Under the pieces are notes generated by a model. That model was not told the origin of the DNA, searched no databases, and saw only the letters and a list, made by a program, of their open reading frames with translations. A stretch of DNA of 64,000 nt from an uncultured Verrucomicrobiae bacterium (GTDB taxonomy: Bacteria; Verrucomicrobiota; Verrucomicrobiia; Chthoniobacterales; JAFAMB01). The stretch covers positions 448,001 through 512,000 of the forward strand of contig CAVXLD010000001.1 in the NCBI GenBank assembly GCA_963762565.1, given 5' to 3'. The translations under genes and the position numbers were made by a program. Positions 1 through 10,254 of the stretch are shown here, piece after piece (position 1 is the first letter of the stretch; every line of letters starts with the position of its first letter).

Positions 1-313
1 GTTTCGGAGCCTGATCGTTTCAGCGACCCTCGGAATCGCGGTGGTCTACGGGTTGAATATGCTGCTGAGCATTTTCCATATGCCAATAGGCTTTGTCTCC
101 GGGTCTGGAACATTCGGGATTTTATTTAGCCTTTTCGTGGTTGTAATCGCCGCGATGAATCTCATTCTGGACTTCCAATTCATCGAGACCGGCATCGAGA
201 ACCGGGCTCCAAAATGGGCGGAGTGGTACGCCGGCTTCTCGTTGATGGTGACACTGATCTGGCTGTACCTGGAGATCCTTAGATTGCTGATGAACTTGGC
301 GCGGAGACGGTAG
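1..313 (+). CDS. Bax inhibitor-1/YccA family membrane protein (5' truncated by window edge)
   Basis: C-terminal motif LILDFQFIE..EWY.GFSLMVTLIWLYLEILRLL. Confidence 0.85.
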   Translation, partial: FRSLIVSATLGIAVVYGLNMLLSIFHMPIGFVSGSGTFGILFSLFVVVIAAMNLILDFQFIETGIENRAPKWAEWYAGFSLMVTLIWLYLEILRLLMNLARRR

Positions 314-364
314 GGGGCGGGCCTTTGGCACGCACAGCCGGCGCGCCGAATTTTTCGCCCTACC

Positions 365-928
365 TCACGCCTTCGCTTTCGCCGCCATGTGCAGCGCGGT
401 CTTTCGACTGCAAGAGCCTTTCTCGAGAAGATCGAGGCAGGCCGCCTCGATGCGAACCGTCAACTTCATCGGTTTAAAGCCGAGACTGTTCGCCAGGAAC
501 CGTTCTCGCAGGGTGATGCAGTCGTCTCGCACCTGGACAACCTCGTGACAGTCCGCGCAAACAATGTGAAACGAGGCCGGAGATTGTTCGCGGTTCACCT
601 CGTAGTACCGGTGCTCACGGTTCAGCTCCACGTCTCGGATCAGCCTGCTATCCAACAACATCGGCAAAGTGCGATAAACCGTGGCCAGTGAAATGAGCCG
701 GTCGTTCTGGCGGGCTCTCGCGAGAAGATCTTCGGCGTGAAATGGACCTGGGAACGAGATCGCCGCCCGAACGATAACTTCCCTCGGTTTCGTCACCCGG
801 AAGCCACTGGCTCGCAGATATCTCACCGCTTCATAAAACAGATCGTCAGGCTGTTTCTTAAGCCCTTCGACGCGTTCTGGCCGTTTGCCGGTGTTGGCAG
901 GGAAAGTCCATGGCGCGATCTTATGCAT
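365..928 (-). CDS. Fur family transcriptional regulator (start uncertain)
   Basis: R.T.PR, H.AEDL, ISLATVYRTL wHTH and HIVCADC motif. Confidence 0.85.
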   Translation of the reverse strand: MHKIAPWTFPANTGKRPERVEGLKKQPDDLFYEAVRYLRASGFRVTKPREVIVRAAISFPGPFHAEDLLARARQNDRLISLATVYRTLPMLLDSRLIRDVELNREHRYYEVNREQSPASFHIVCADCHEVVQVRDDCITLRERFLANSLGFKPMKLTVRIEAACLDLLEKGSCSRKTALHMAAKAKA

Positions 929-1045
929 AGCGCACTCTGTCCGTTCGAATTTCATGGTTGCCAACAACGACACTTATTACCCTAACCCTTATGCACCCGA
1001 TAGCGGCATAACGCAAACGCCGACAACGACGAACACACCCAAAGC

Positions 1046-1259
1046 CAACCGCAGATGAACGCAGATTTACGCAGATAAAGACAACTGCGAATGGAGGCGA
1101 ATTGAGAGGAATGACTGTCTTTTATTCGCGTTTGTTCGTGTCCATTCGCGGTTCATTCCTCTGTTTGCGGTTGCGGTTCCGCTGCGTTCTGAATTCTACC
1201 CGATGTTAAAGTTGGTTTTACGGGCCTTATCTGCGTAAATCTGCGTTCATCTGCGGTTG
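1046..1259. repeat. Nested inverted-repeat cassette (AACCGCAGAT family outside, GCGAATGGA/TCCATTCGC family inside)
   Basis: Perfect 33-bp IR 1046-1078/1227-1259; related arms at 35275-35397, 40392-40490, 53597-53818. Confidence 0.9.
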
Positions 1260-1266
1260 AAGTTCC

Positions 1267-2637
1267 CTAACCCGCTTTTACCCGCGTCCGCAAGAACGTC
1301 GGCACGTCAAGATCTTGTCCGTCGACGATGGTTGGTTCGCTTTTTTCGAATCTACCCCGAGAGACCGCATCAAATTGAAGCACCTCCTGCTTAGCCTCTA
1401 TCTTCTTCGGGGGAGGCTTCGGAGCTCCCTTACTTACTGGGACAATTTCCTTATTTGAGGCGTGATTCTCCGCAGGTTCTGAACTCTTCTCCGGCTTCGA
1501 GCTAAACACTTCAATCGCCCGCCCGTTGTTCGCCGGTTCATCACCAACCTTCAAATTATTCACCGGCTCCGGAACAATCGCCGTGGTTAGGCTTGGAACT
1601 GGTTCGAGTCGCTCAGGTTCCTGGAGGGCCGGGTAGGCGGTTTTCAAAGTGCCCTCCGAACTACCCCCCAACGAACTGATAATACTCACTGACAATCGCG
1701 ACCCCATACTCGAATCGATAGCGATCCCCATTATCAACTGCGTGCGATCACTGACATGTCGATTGAGCTCTTCCATCACGTTCCCGACTTCCCCCAGAGT
1801 CACATTTGCTGTGCCCCGGATCTGGATGATCACATTGACAGCATTCGCCAACATTTCTCCGCGATGCATTAAGGGATTTCGTAGCGCTTTCACGAGAGCA
1901 TCGTGAGCCCGGTTCTCGCCTTCAGCTTCTCCAAAACCGAACAGGGCGCGCGTATCGCCGTCTCGAATGACCGCGCAAATATGGTCGAACCCCAAACGGA
2001 TCAGGCCCGGTTGTAGAAGTAGATTCGCAATTGCCCTGATGCTTTGACTAATGGTTACGTCAGCCGCAGCAAAGGCTTCATGGATCCCCATCCTCGGCAG
2101 AGTAACCTCGGCCATGCGGTCATTCTCGAAGCAGATCACCGCATCAGCATGCTCCCGCATGAGTTGCAAACTTGCGGCGGCTTGCGCACAACGCCGTCTT
2201 CCCTCGAAAGTGAAGGGCATTGTGATAAGTGCTATTACTAAGGCTCCGGCTTCTTTGGCCAGCTTGGCAATAAATGGCGTGGCTCCAGAGCCGGTTCCAC
2301 CGCCCAAGCCCGCACATAGAAAAATGATATCGCAGCCGGCGATGGCCGCTTGGATTTCATCAGTGCTTTCTTCGGCCGCCGCCAATCCCAATTCCGGATC
2401 GCCGCCAGAACCCAGACCCCTGGTTAGGTTCCGGCCGAGTTGAATTTTCTGGTTCGTAACCGAGCCGGTTAAAGATTGGACGTCCGTGTTCACGGTCGTC
2501 AGCTCGACATGATCAATTCCATCGAGCATGGCGCGATCCAGAATATTAGATCCGGCGCCACCAACACCGATCACTCTGATCTTCCGGGTTTCGTCGGTGC
2601 TTTCTTCCCGGCGATATTGCCTATTCAATTGGACCAT
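1267..2637 (-). CDS. ftsZ: Cell division protein FtsZ
   Basis: GVGGAG, GLGGGTGSG tubulin signature, C-terminal DLDVPTFLR. Confidence 0.98.
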   Translation of the reverse strand: MVQLNRQYRREESTDETRKIRVIGVGGAGSNILDRAMLDGIDHVELTTVNTDVQSLTGSVTNQKIQLGRNLTRGLGSGGDPELGLAAAEESTDEIQAAIAGCDIIFLCAGLGGGTGSGATPFIAKLAKEAGALVIALITMPFTFEGRRRCAQAAASLQLMREHADAVICFENDRMAEVTLPRMGIHEAFAAADVTISQSIRAIANLLLQPGLIRLGFDHICAVIRDGDTRALFGFGEAEGENRAHDALVKALRNPLMHRGEMLANAVNVIIQIRGTANVTLGEVGNVMEELNRHVSDRTQLIMGIAIDSSMGSRLSVSIISSLGGSSEGTLKTAYPALQEPERLEPVPSLTTAIVPEPVNNLKVGDEPANNGRAIEVFSSKPEKSSEPAENHASNKEIVPVSKGAPKPPPKKIEAKQEVLQFDAVSRGRFEKSEPTIVDGQDLDVPTFLRTRVKAG

Positions 2638-2648
2638 ATGGGTGTTTT

Positions 2649-3866
2649 CTAAGTTCTAAAGATGCCGCTGAGCCGCTTCATCGTTCGGCTAAGAATCCCG
2701 CTCGTCATTGGGCGATCAAGGTGCACAAGGTGCGCGTACCGGACTAACCCGATAGCCGTGGAAAATTGTGGATGCTCAAAAGCAGAGGTAACTCCGGCCA
2801 ATGGCATAGGAGCCGTAGTCCGTGCCGGCATCCCGAAGACATCGCTGGCTAAGTGTTCGATCCCGCGCAGCTGGCTGCTGCCGCCCGTAATAAAAACCCC
2901 CGCCCCTAAGTAATTGAGGTTCTGATCAGCTGCGACTTGTCGCTCCACGATCTCGAGAATTTCGCGGACGCGGCAGTGAATAATTTGATTGAGGGTTTCC
3001 CGCTCGATTTCTTTGCCCGCAAAGCCGGTCTCATCTCGCAGCACGACCGTCTCTCCGGGGAAAGCGTTACCCAAAGTCACGTCTCCTTCTTCGATCTTAA
3101 GTTTCTCGGCGCGCGCGCTTGGTATTTTGAGACCGATGGACAAGTCGTTTGTGATGTGATCGCCGCCGACCGCGATGACACCGCTTTGCTTCACGGCGCC
3201 CTCGACATACACAACGAAATCGGTGGTGCCGCCGCCAATATCGATAACCAGAGCTCCAAGCTGTTTATAGTTCTTATCCAAGACCGCTTGAGCGGTAGCA
3301 AACGAGTTGATGACGACATCGGCTGTGTCTAGTTCGAGCTCTTTAACACAACGGATAGGATTTTGGATCCGGGTACGAATGCCGTAAACAATGTGGAACT
3401 CTGCTTCTAGCTTTTTTCCGAACAAACCCAACGGATTCAATACGCCATCCTGACCATCAACGTAGTAATGTTGGATGATAGTGTGAAGAACGCACTCCTC
3501 GATAGGTAGACTCACGTCGCGTGCATTGGTGCGAACGTCTTCGAGATCCTGCTCGTCGATCTCCTCTCTTCCCTCCTCTAACAAGACAACCCCGCGGTTG
3601 TTGAAGCTGCGAATATGCCCACCCGATATGCCAAGATAGACTTCACTAATCTCGACATCGCTTCGCTCTTCGGCATCCGCTATAGCATCATGGACGCAGC
3701 GTTTCGCAGTTTCGAAATCGACGATCTCGCCTTTGCGGATACCGCGAGAAGGTGCACTACCCACCCCTAATATCTTGAGCGTGTTATCATGGCGGGCCTC
3801 CGCCACAACCACGCAGACTTTAGTGGTGCCGATTTCTATTCCTGCAAAGATATTGTCTCTAGCCAT
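2649..3866 (-). CDS. ftsA: Cell division protein FtsA
   Basis: EIGTTKV, DIGGGTTD, ITGGSS motifs; position before ftsZ. Confidence 0.97.
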   Translation of the reverse strand: MARDNIFAGIEIGTTKVCVVVAEARHDNTLKILGVGSAPSRGIRKGEIVDFETAKRCVHDAIADAEERSDVEISEVYLGISGGHIRSFNNRGVVLLEEGREEIDEQDLEDVRTNARDVSLPIEECVLHTIIQHYYVDGQDGVLNPLGLFGKKLEAEFHIVYGIRTRIQNPIRCVKELELDTADVVINSFATAQAVLDKNYKQLGALVIDIGGGTTDFVVYVEGAVKQSGVIAVGGDHITNDLSIGLKIPSARAEKLKIEEGDVTLGNAFPGETVVLRDETGFAGKEIERETLNQIIHCRVREILEIVERQVAADQNLNYLGAGVFITGGSSQLRGIEHLASDVFGMPARTTAPMPLAGVTSAFEHPQFSTAIGLVRYAHLVHLDRPMTSGILSRTMKRLSGIFRT

Positions 3867-4971
3867 TGAAGGGCTTCAGTTCAGTACTTTTCGGTTTCTT
3901 GTGCGTGTTCTTGGTTTGGCTGGGGGATTTATCTGACTTGCGTCCCGGGTGGGTTACCGGCAAAGCCCGGCGGACAATCGGTTCCGGCGAAACCGCCGGT
4001 TGCGCCGGCTCCGCCGACCTCGTTGACTCCGCCGACCTCGTTGACTCCACCACAGGCTGAGGGCTCGCTGCGGCCAGGGCAGGCTCTTTGAATACCACGG
4101 GAATATTCCTTTCCGGCATCAGATTTGCCGACTCCAGGTCTCTGCCAGCGCGCTCGCAGTAGGAGACCAGCATGTCTAACTCCCGAAGCTCACGCATTAA
4201 ATCGTCGGGATCGAACTTTATCGCCACGCCCTGTTTATTAGTCGCTGATAAACAATATTCTTTTGAAACGTCAATCGTAGCAATTTGGTACCGGGACTTC
4301 AGCACATCCGGACAATCGCGGATCAGTTCAAGAGCCGATTTAACTGCATCATCGTCTATCGGCTGTCCAGCTGCGACCTTTTTGGTATCGACTCCGATGA
4401 TAATAGGTAGGGTCATATACTCGGGCGCCGAGCCCTTGGGTTGCAACGCGATCCCGCGCCGATCCACCAAAAGAGCGCCATCATAATTAAAGCCGGTTTT
4501 ATTAGCGTCTGCCGATGCGATCCAGGCGATCGGCCTGCGTTCCTGAATCACGATCACGAGTTTGTCCGGGAGCAGCCGTTGCACATCAACTTCTTCAACC
4601 TGCGGAAGCGCCCGCAGGCGATCTTCAACCGCGGAGAGGTTAACCGAAAAAATGTTGGTACCGTTCGCGATCTGGGCAGCTTGCAACACCGCGTCTCGCG
4701 CCAGATCGCCGTCCGTCGTTACTTCAACGGAATGAATAGCGTAATCGGGGTTAGTGAAGAAAACCGAATTGAGCAATCGCTGAGCGCCGAAAACGCCGGC
4801 ACCTAACAGTGAAAGGAGAATCAGAAGCAAAGAGAGAACAAAGAACCCCTTCTGGACCCGGCGGGCAGACGCTCGACGAGCGCGTACTTTGACGTCCAAC
4901 AGGTGCTGTTGCCGTCGCTGTCTCGACGTAGATAGTCTCCGGTTTTGCTTAGTCGGTCTTCTCTTGGTCAC
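3859..4971 (-). CDS. ftsQ: Cell division protein FtsQ/DivIB
   Basis: Basic N-terminus, one TM, POTRA-like LPQVEEVDVQRLLPDKLVIVIQERRP; dcw position. Confidence 0.9.
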   Translation of the reverse strand: MTKRRPTKQNRRLSTSRQRRQQHLLDVKVRARRASARRVQKGFFVLSLLLILLSLLGAGVFGAQRLLNSVFFTNPDYAIHSVEVTTDGDLARDAVLQAAQIANGTNIFSVNLSAVEDRLRALPQVEEVDVQRLLPDKLVIVIQERRPIAWIASADANKTGFNYDGALLVDRRGIALQPKGSAPEYMTLPIIIGVDTKKVAAGQPIDDDAVKSALELIRDCPDVLKSRYQIATIDVSKEYCLSATNKQGVAIKFDPDDLMRELRELDMLVSYCERAGRDLESANLMPERNIPVVFKEPALAAASPQPVVESTRSAESTRSAEPAQPAVSPEPIVRRALPVTHPGRKSDKSPSQTKNTHKKPKSTELKPFNG

Positions 4972-5504
4972 TGCTTGCTCACCACTCTCCTTTCCAGAGA
5001 TATCGTCGCAGCACGTCGTGGACAGTCAGCGCTTGCAACGCCCAAATTCAATCGGGGCAACATTATCCCGGCTGTTCTAGCAGCCTTCGGCAAGACAGTT
5101 TCGTTGTTGATAACAGTTCTTGCCGAAAGTTCCAAGCTTAACCCGCAAAAAACGCACGCACCCACAGGGAGGGATCGCGTCCTCGCGATCAGTTGTTGCC
5201 GAAGCCGAGTACGTATCTTAATCGGGGACGAAAATACGCCTTTAGGTCCTGGCACATTCTCGCGGCGCGCGGGAACGCGCACCCTCCCCGACAAGAGCAG
5301 TAATCCAAAACTCCAGTACTCCGACACTCCAATACTCCGGCTCGCCGAATTCGAGGACAGCCTGTCCGCCGTAGCCCACGGTGTATGTTGCCAACCGCTC
5401 GAAGTCGGCCTCGCAAGCGAGGCGCGCTCCACAACCAGGAGTCGGCGAAGGCGGAACGACGAGAACGAAGCTATCCCGTGTTGCATGTAATTAATACGTT
5501 TCAT
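4968..5504 (-). pseudogene. Probable degenerate ddl remnant largely replaced by REP repeats
   Basis: Sits at the ddl position; ETVLPKAARTAGI resembles the Ddl C-terminal TSLLPKAA.AAGI segment; overlaps murC/B stop and ftsQ start. Confidence 0.5.
5168..5467. repeat. REP cassette (GGAGGG-CGCG doublet plus GTGGAGCGCGCCTCG family arm)
   Basis: GGGAGGGATCGCGTCC...GCGCACCCTCCC also at 33060, 33852, 48139; second arm nearly identical to 21630-21760. Confidence 0.85.
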
Positions 5505-7791
5505 CGTCGGTCCCTACTACCTGAACTTCTAACTCAAGCTCGATCCCGCGCTCCTGTTTGGCAGTCTGCTGGATTTGGGCGATCAGATTCAGCACATCCT
5601 TCGCGCTCGCTGCGCCATCATCATTGACAATGAAATTGCCGTGAATCTCGGATACGCGCGCAGCGCCGACCTGCCGATTTTTTAGTCCCAGCTCTTCTAC
5701 CAGCTTACCGGCGGGACACGCCGCCGGATTCTTGAAAATGCAGCCTGCACTCGATGCGATGGGTTGCGAGTGCTTCCGCTTAGAGCTCGCTGTATCGAGC
5801 TTCGCATCGATCTCAGCTAACGTAGATTTCTGACCCTGAAACCGCGCAGAAACCGCAAAGCGTTCGCGCAATGTAGGAACATTCCGGTAGCGGATCTCCA
5901 TCATACCGGGAGTTAACACCTCAAATTCACCGCGCAGGCTAACCACCTGCACGCTTAGAACTTGCTCAAAGGTCTCTGCCCCAATTGCGCCTGCATTCAT
6001 TCGCAAGCTTCCACCCACACTTCCGGGGATGCCTTCCATCCACTCGAATCCTCCGACCTCAGCATTTCTCGCTGCGCCAACCAACTGCTTCAATCGTACA
6101 CCTGCGCCGGCCTCGATTTCCGTCCCCTCAACTTTGATCGCCCCGAAATCTCCTCTGACCAAATGAATGACACATCCGGGAATACCTCCGTCTCGCACCA
6201 GCAGATTCGAACCGCGACCGATTATCATCACTGGGTAGCGATTGGCCGAACAGAAAGCCAAAACATCTGCCAGGGCGCCCCGAGTCTCAGGTTCGACCCA
6301 AAACTGTGCTGGCCCGCCAACACGCAAGGTGGTGTGTCGAGACATTGGCTCGTAAAGCCGGACCTCGCCTACGCCCATGGCTTCGCGCAAAGCCTGAGCA
6401 ACCTCCAAATCCTGAACGAGTTTGCTGGCCTCTTCGTGGATATCACCAGCTCCAAGGCTCAGAATCACGTCACCTCTCTTTGCGATGCGGGCGAGTTCAC
6501 GATGGAGGTGCTGTCGGACCGGGACATAGGCTACGGAAGGATGTCCATGCTCACGAACCGCGTCAGCCACGGTCGCTCCAGTCACGCCAGGAATTGGTTG
6601 CTCGCTGGCAGGGTATACATCGGTGACGTAGACGACATCGGCGTCATCAAACGCTGCGCCAAATTGATTCCTCAGCGCCTGGGTCCGTGAATAGCGGTGT
6701 GGCTGGAACATTACCACCACCCGAGCTCCGCCCACGCCACGAGCCATTTTTAGAGTCGCTTTTATCTCCGTGGGATGATGCCCGTAATCATCGAAGACCT
6801 GGGCATATTCATTTTTGAGTTTGGCCTCGAACCGACGGCGCGCCCCGCGAAAACTGGCCAGCGCTTCGGAAATGTGGACCATTGGAACGCCTAGCTCGCT
6901 GGCCAAAGCGACTACCGCCAAGGCGTTACTAACGTTGTGTCTTCCCGGCACTCCCAAGTCAACCGAACCGAGCAGTTGGCCGGAGTGCCAAGCGTCGAAC
7001 CGGGAACCACTCGCCGTTAGCTGGATATTGCGAGATTGATAAGTTGCCTCCGCTGATTCACCATAGGAAATCGTTCTATCCCGCTCTCTGCATAGGTCAG
7101 ATGCATGCTCGTCGTCTGCACAATAGATGATGGAGCCACTCGTCTGGGCGATCAACTGGATGAAGACGCGATCGATAGCAGCGAGATCCCTATAGTAGTC
7201 GAGATGCTCTTCCTCTACATTCAGAATCACTGAATGCCGCGGCTGGTACAGGCAAAGAGTTCCGTCGCTTTCGTCTCCCTCCGCCACAAAAAATTTTCCT
7301 TCCCGGTCCCAATAAGCGTTGGTGCCAAGAATCGGGATCTCGGCGCCAACATAATGGGATGGACGGAGTCCGCCGATTCTTAGAACGTGAGCCGCCATGG
7401 CTGAAGTCGTGGTCTTGCCGTGCATCCCTGCGATCACGATGCCCTCTCGCGATTGCATAATCGCGGCTAGCGCTTCCGCCCTTCGCACCCGCGGAATATT
7501 CAGACGGACCGCCTCGTCGTAAGCCGGGTTCCCTTCCTTGATCGCTGACGAATAAATGACGAGGTCCGCACCGTAAACCGTCTCCGGCGTCTGGGGAAGA
7601 TGGAAAGTCAGACCTAAGTTTTCCAGGCGCCGAGTCTCGACAGAACTGACCCGATCGCTTCCACTGACGATATGCCCGAGTTCGAGCAGAAGTCCGGCGA
7701 TGCCGCTCATGCCGCTACCGGCCACCCCTATCAGATTGATCTTCCTGGGCGGATTCACCAGAATGGCTAAAGCCTGATCACTTGCTTCCAT
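5491..7791 (-). CDS. murC: Bifunctional MurC-MurB fusion (UDP-MurNAc-L-Ala ligase / UDP-GlcNAc-enolpyruvate reductase)
   Basis: GVAGSGMS, GMHGKTTTS, DDYGHHPTE followed in frame by HTTLRVGGPA, GIPGSVGG.L.MNAGA, SAGCIFKNP, HGNFIVN. Confidence 0.95.
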   Translation of the reverse strand: MEASDQALAILVNPPRKINLIGVAGSGMSGIAGLLLELGHIVSGSDRVSSVETRRLENLGLTFHLPQTPETVYGADLVIYSSAIKEGNPAYDEAVRLNIPRVRRAEALAAIMQSREGIVIAGMHGKTTTSAMAAHVLRIGGLRPSHYVGAEIPILGTNAYWDREGKFFVAEGDESDGTLCLYQPRHSVILNVEEEHLDYYRDLAAIDRVFIQLIAQTSGSIIYCADDEHASDLCRERDRTISYGESAEATYQSRNIQLTASGSRFDAWHSGQLLGSVDLGVPGRHNVSNALAVVALASELGVPMVHISEALASFRGARRRFEAKLKNEYAQVFDDYGHHPTEIKATLKMARGVGGARVVVMFQPHRYSRTQALRNQFGAAFDDADVVYVTDVYPASEQPIPGVTGATVADAVREHGHPSVAYVPVRQHLHRELARIAKRGDVILSLGAGDIHEEASKLVQDLEVAQALREAMGVGEVRLYEPMSRHTTLRVGGPAQFWVEPETRGALADVLAFCSANRYPVMIIGRGSNLLVRDGGIPGCVIHLVRGDFGAIKVEGTEIEAGAGVRLKQLVGAARNAEVGGFEWMEGIPGSVGGSLRMNAGAIGAETFEQVLSVQVVSLRGEFEVLTPGMMEIRYRNVPTLRERFAVSARFQGQKSTLAEIDAKLDTASSKRKHSQPIASSAGCIFKNPAACPAGKLVEELGLKNRQVGAARVSEIHGNFIVNDDGAASAKDVLNLIAQIQQTAKQERGIELELEVQVVGTDDETY

Positions 7792-8872
7792 TGCCTGCAG
7801 TTTCGATAAGTTGACTGATCTCGGTCGCAGCATCCTTGGTCGCTAAGCGGCGCATGTTGTTCGACAGCAATTCTCGTTGCTCCGGCTTTGCTAACAGCTG
7901 TTCGATCAGATTAGCTACGGTTTCGCCGTTGGCAGATTCGGCGTCGATTACCTCTGCAGCCGAGGCTTGCTGAAAGATCTTCGCGTTCAGGGTCTGATGA
8001 TCGTCGGCAGCGAAAGGATACGGGATCAAGATGGTAACGCAGCCGAAATATGCCATTTCGCTCAGACTGGCCGCGCCGGATCGAGCGACGACGACATCCG
8101 CAGCGGAGTAGACTTCCTCCATCCGATGATGAAACGCGGCGATGAAGGCCGGTACACCCTCTTTCTTGTAGCGATCATAAATATACTGGTGATCTTCTCT
8201 TCCGGTTAGATGAACAAATTGAACCGGCTTCATGGCAAAATGGGGAAGGGCGGCTGCGATAGTCTCGTTTATGCCGTGGGCGCCTTGACTTCCGCCGATC
8301 ACGGCAACGGTTTGCAGATCTGGATTAAGCTTTAACAACCGTCTGGCCTCCGCTTTCTTGATCTCAGTCTTGACGCTCTTGCGAATCGGAGTGCCAGTGA
8401 CTACGACGGGTTTCTCCGGAAAATAAGTCGCGCACTCAGCGAAGCCCAACGCCACCCGATCCGAAAAACGAGCATTGATCCGATTCGCTTTGCCCGGAAT
8501 CGCGTTCGACTCGTGAATCATGGTCGGGATCTTGGACCACCGAGCGGCTAAGATGGGGGCGGTGGAAGTGAAGCCGCCCATACCGAGAACTGCATTCGGG
8601 CGAAAGGTTTTGAATACCCGGCGACAAGCAAACAGCCCGTTCAAGAATTTAGAGGTGAACGTCACGATCTCGGGTGAAAACAACCGAGGCAGCCCGACTG
8701 CTGGGATCCGTTCGATTTTAAAGTCCGTCCGATCACGGACTGCCAAAGAGTCGATCTGTTTCTCGGAGATAAAAAGTAGTACATCGTGACCGCGGTCCCG
8801 AAGGACCTCGGCAACAGCTAACCCTGGGAACAGGTGTCCACCCGTTCCGCCACATGCGATCGCAACATTCAT
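7778..8872 (-). CDS. murG: MurG glycosyltransferase
   Basis: GGTGGHLFP, HESNAIPG, GGSQGA, RSGA motifs. Confidence 0.97.
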   Translation of the reverse strand: MNVAIACGGTGGHLFPGLAVAEVLRDRGHDVLLFISEKQIDSLAVRDRTDFKIERIPAVGLPRLFSPEIVTFTSKFLNGLFACRRVFKTFRPNAVLGMGGFTSTAPILAARWSKIPTMIHESNAIPGKANRINARFSDRVALGFAECATYFPEKPVVVTGTPIRKSVKTEIKKAEARRLLKLNPDLQTVAVIGGSQGAHGINETIAAALPHFAMKPVQFVHLTGREDHQYIYDRYKKEGVPAFIAAFHHRMEEVYSAADVVVARSGAASLSEMAYFGCVTILIPYPFAADDHQTLNAKIFQQASAAEVIDAESANGETVANLIEQLLAKPEQRELLSNNMRRLATKDAATEISQLIETAGNGSK

Positions 8873-8878
8873 GAGAAC

Positions 8879-10024
8879 TTAAAATTTTGAGAGGTGCCGC
8901 ACCCTAACCATCATTTCGGGTCGGTTGGCAGGCGCCTCTTCCTTACCACGCCGATAGATATTTATCAGCACCCCGACACAAACTAGGCAGAAAAAGAGGT
9001 TGGAACCGCCGTAGCTAATAAAGGGTAAGGGCGATCCTTTGTTGGGCAGCATGGAGGTAGTCACTCCGACATTAACCAGAGCCTGCAAGGCAAGCAGCGA
9101 AGTGCAGCCGAAACCAAACAGCATACCGAAGCGGTCTCTAGCGTTCAGGCTGATGAGTGTGCCGCTAGTCAAAATCAACAGGTAGCAGAAAACGATCACG
9201 AGTGTAACCCGCAGACCGAGTTCTTCGCCGACGACCGGAAAAATGAAATCCGCATAGGCGTATTCCAGGTAGAACATCTTCTGGCGACCGTTGCCAAGAC
9301 CCAGTCCGTCGATGCCACCGGACCCGAGCGCAATCAACCCCATAAACTGCTGTTGAGCTTCGCTATTCTGATATTGCTCAGGATGAACGAAGGCGAGCAA
9401 TCGACTCTGCCTTCCGGGAAACATCCAGGCAAAGGCTAAAAGTCCGACCAAGCCTGCAACTATGCTGGGTATCAGGAAACGCAGGTTTACCCCCGCAACG
9501 AACATTATCAGCAGTGCGGTAGCACCAATCATGGCCGTCGTACCAAGATCGGTCTCCTTCACTATTAGAGCCAGGATTCCGCCAACGACTGCAAATGGGA
9601 TCAACAAGCCCTTTACGATTCGATTTTGTTCGGATTCGAACCTGGCGAACCACCAAGCGACAAATACTACTACCGCGAATTTGGCGAGTTCAGATGGTTG
9701 CACGGTCACGGATCCGAGGCGGACCCAGCGGTAGGAGTGATTTATATAGAGCCCGAATGGCCGAATGAAGCAAAGGGCGAGAAGCAGGTAAGAGGCGGCG
9801 ATCAAGACGATCCAACCGCGTTGCCACCAGCGGTAATCAATCGTGGCGCACGCCACAGCGACTACAAAGCCGAATCCGAGCCAGAAGCCCTGTTTACGGA
9901 GAAAGCTGAATTGATCGCCATGACCGTCGGACGCAAATGCTCCGGCACTGAAGAGCATGACGACCCCGATCGCGATCAGGACGGCAACAGAAAATAGAAG
10001 AATGAAAGCGCTCTTTTTGTGCAT
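8879..10024 (-). CDS. ftsW: Peptidoglycan polymerase FtsW
   Basis: QPSELAK, GLGLG.G.QK, P.KG.PLPFISYGGS. Confidence 0.95.
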   Translation of the reverse strand: MHKKSAFILLFSVAVLIAIGVVMLFSAGAFASDGHGDQFSFLRKQGFWLGFGFVVAVACATIDYRWWQRGWIVLIAASYLLLALCFIRPFGLYINHSYRWVRLGSVTVQPSELAKFAVVVFVAWWFARFESEQNRIVKGLLIPFAVVGGILALIVKETDLGTTAMIGATALLIMFVAGVNLRFLIPSIVAGLVGLLAFAWMFPGRQSRLLAFVHPEQYQNSEAQQQFMGLIALGSGGIDGLGLGNGRQKMFYLEYAYADFIFPVVGEELGLRVTLVIVFCYLLILTSGTLISLNARDRFGMLFGFGCTSLLALQALVNVGVTTSMLPNKGSPLPFISYGGSNLFFCLVCVGVLINIYRRGKEEAPANRPEMMVRVRHLSKF

Positions 10025-10029
10025 AACTC

Positions 10030-10254
10030 AGCCTGCAATGTCCGGCAATCGTCAAAATTACCGGACATTGCAGGCTATGGCGGCAGAGCGCCCGGCTAAC
10101 GCCGGTCACTCTGCCGCAGTTAAGGGTTTAAAATTGTATGTCTTGAGAGCTGTTCGGCAGGCGGTGACGCCGGTCGAACAGCCACAGCCTGCGCGCACCG
10201 GCAGTTTGGAGAGAGGTTTGATACCTCCCTCGAAACTGCCGGTGCGCGCAGGCT
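10030..10254. repeat. Four tandem GC-rich hairpins inside the dcw operon
   Basis: Perfect stems 10030-10045/10061-10076 and 10186-10207/10233-10254, plus shorter stems at 10081-10116 and 10149-10182. Confidence 0.8.

Noticed and set aside
4011..4049. 18-bp tandem duplication in ftsQ (ESTRSA twice)
   Set aside because: In-frame slippage in a low-complexity tail; little functional signal
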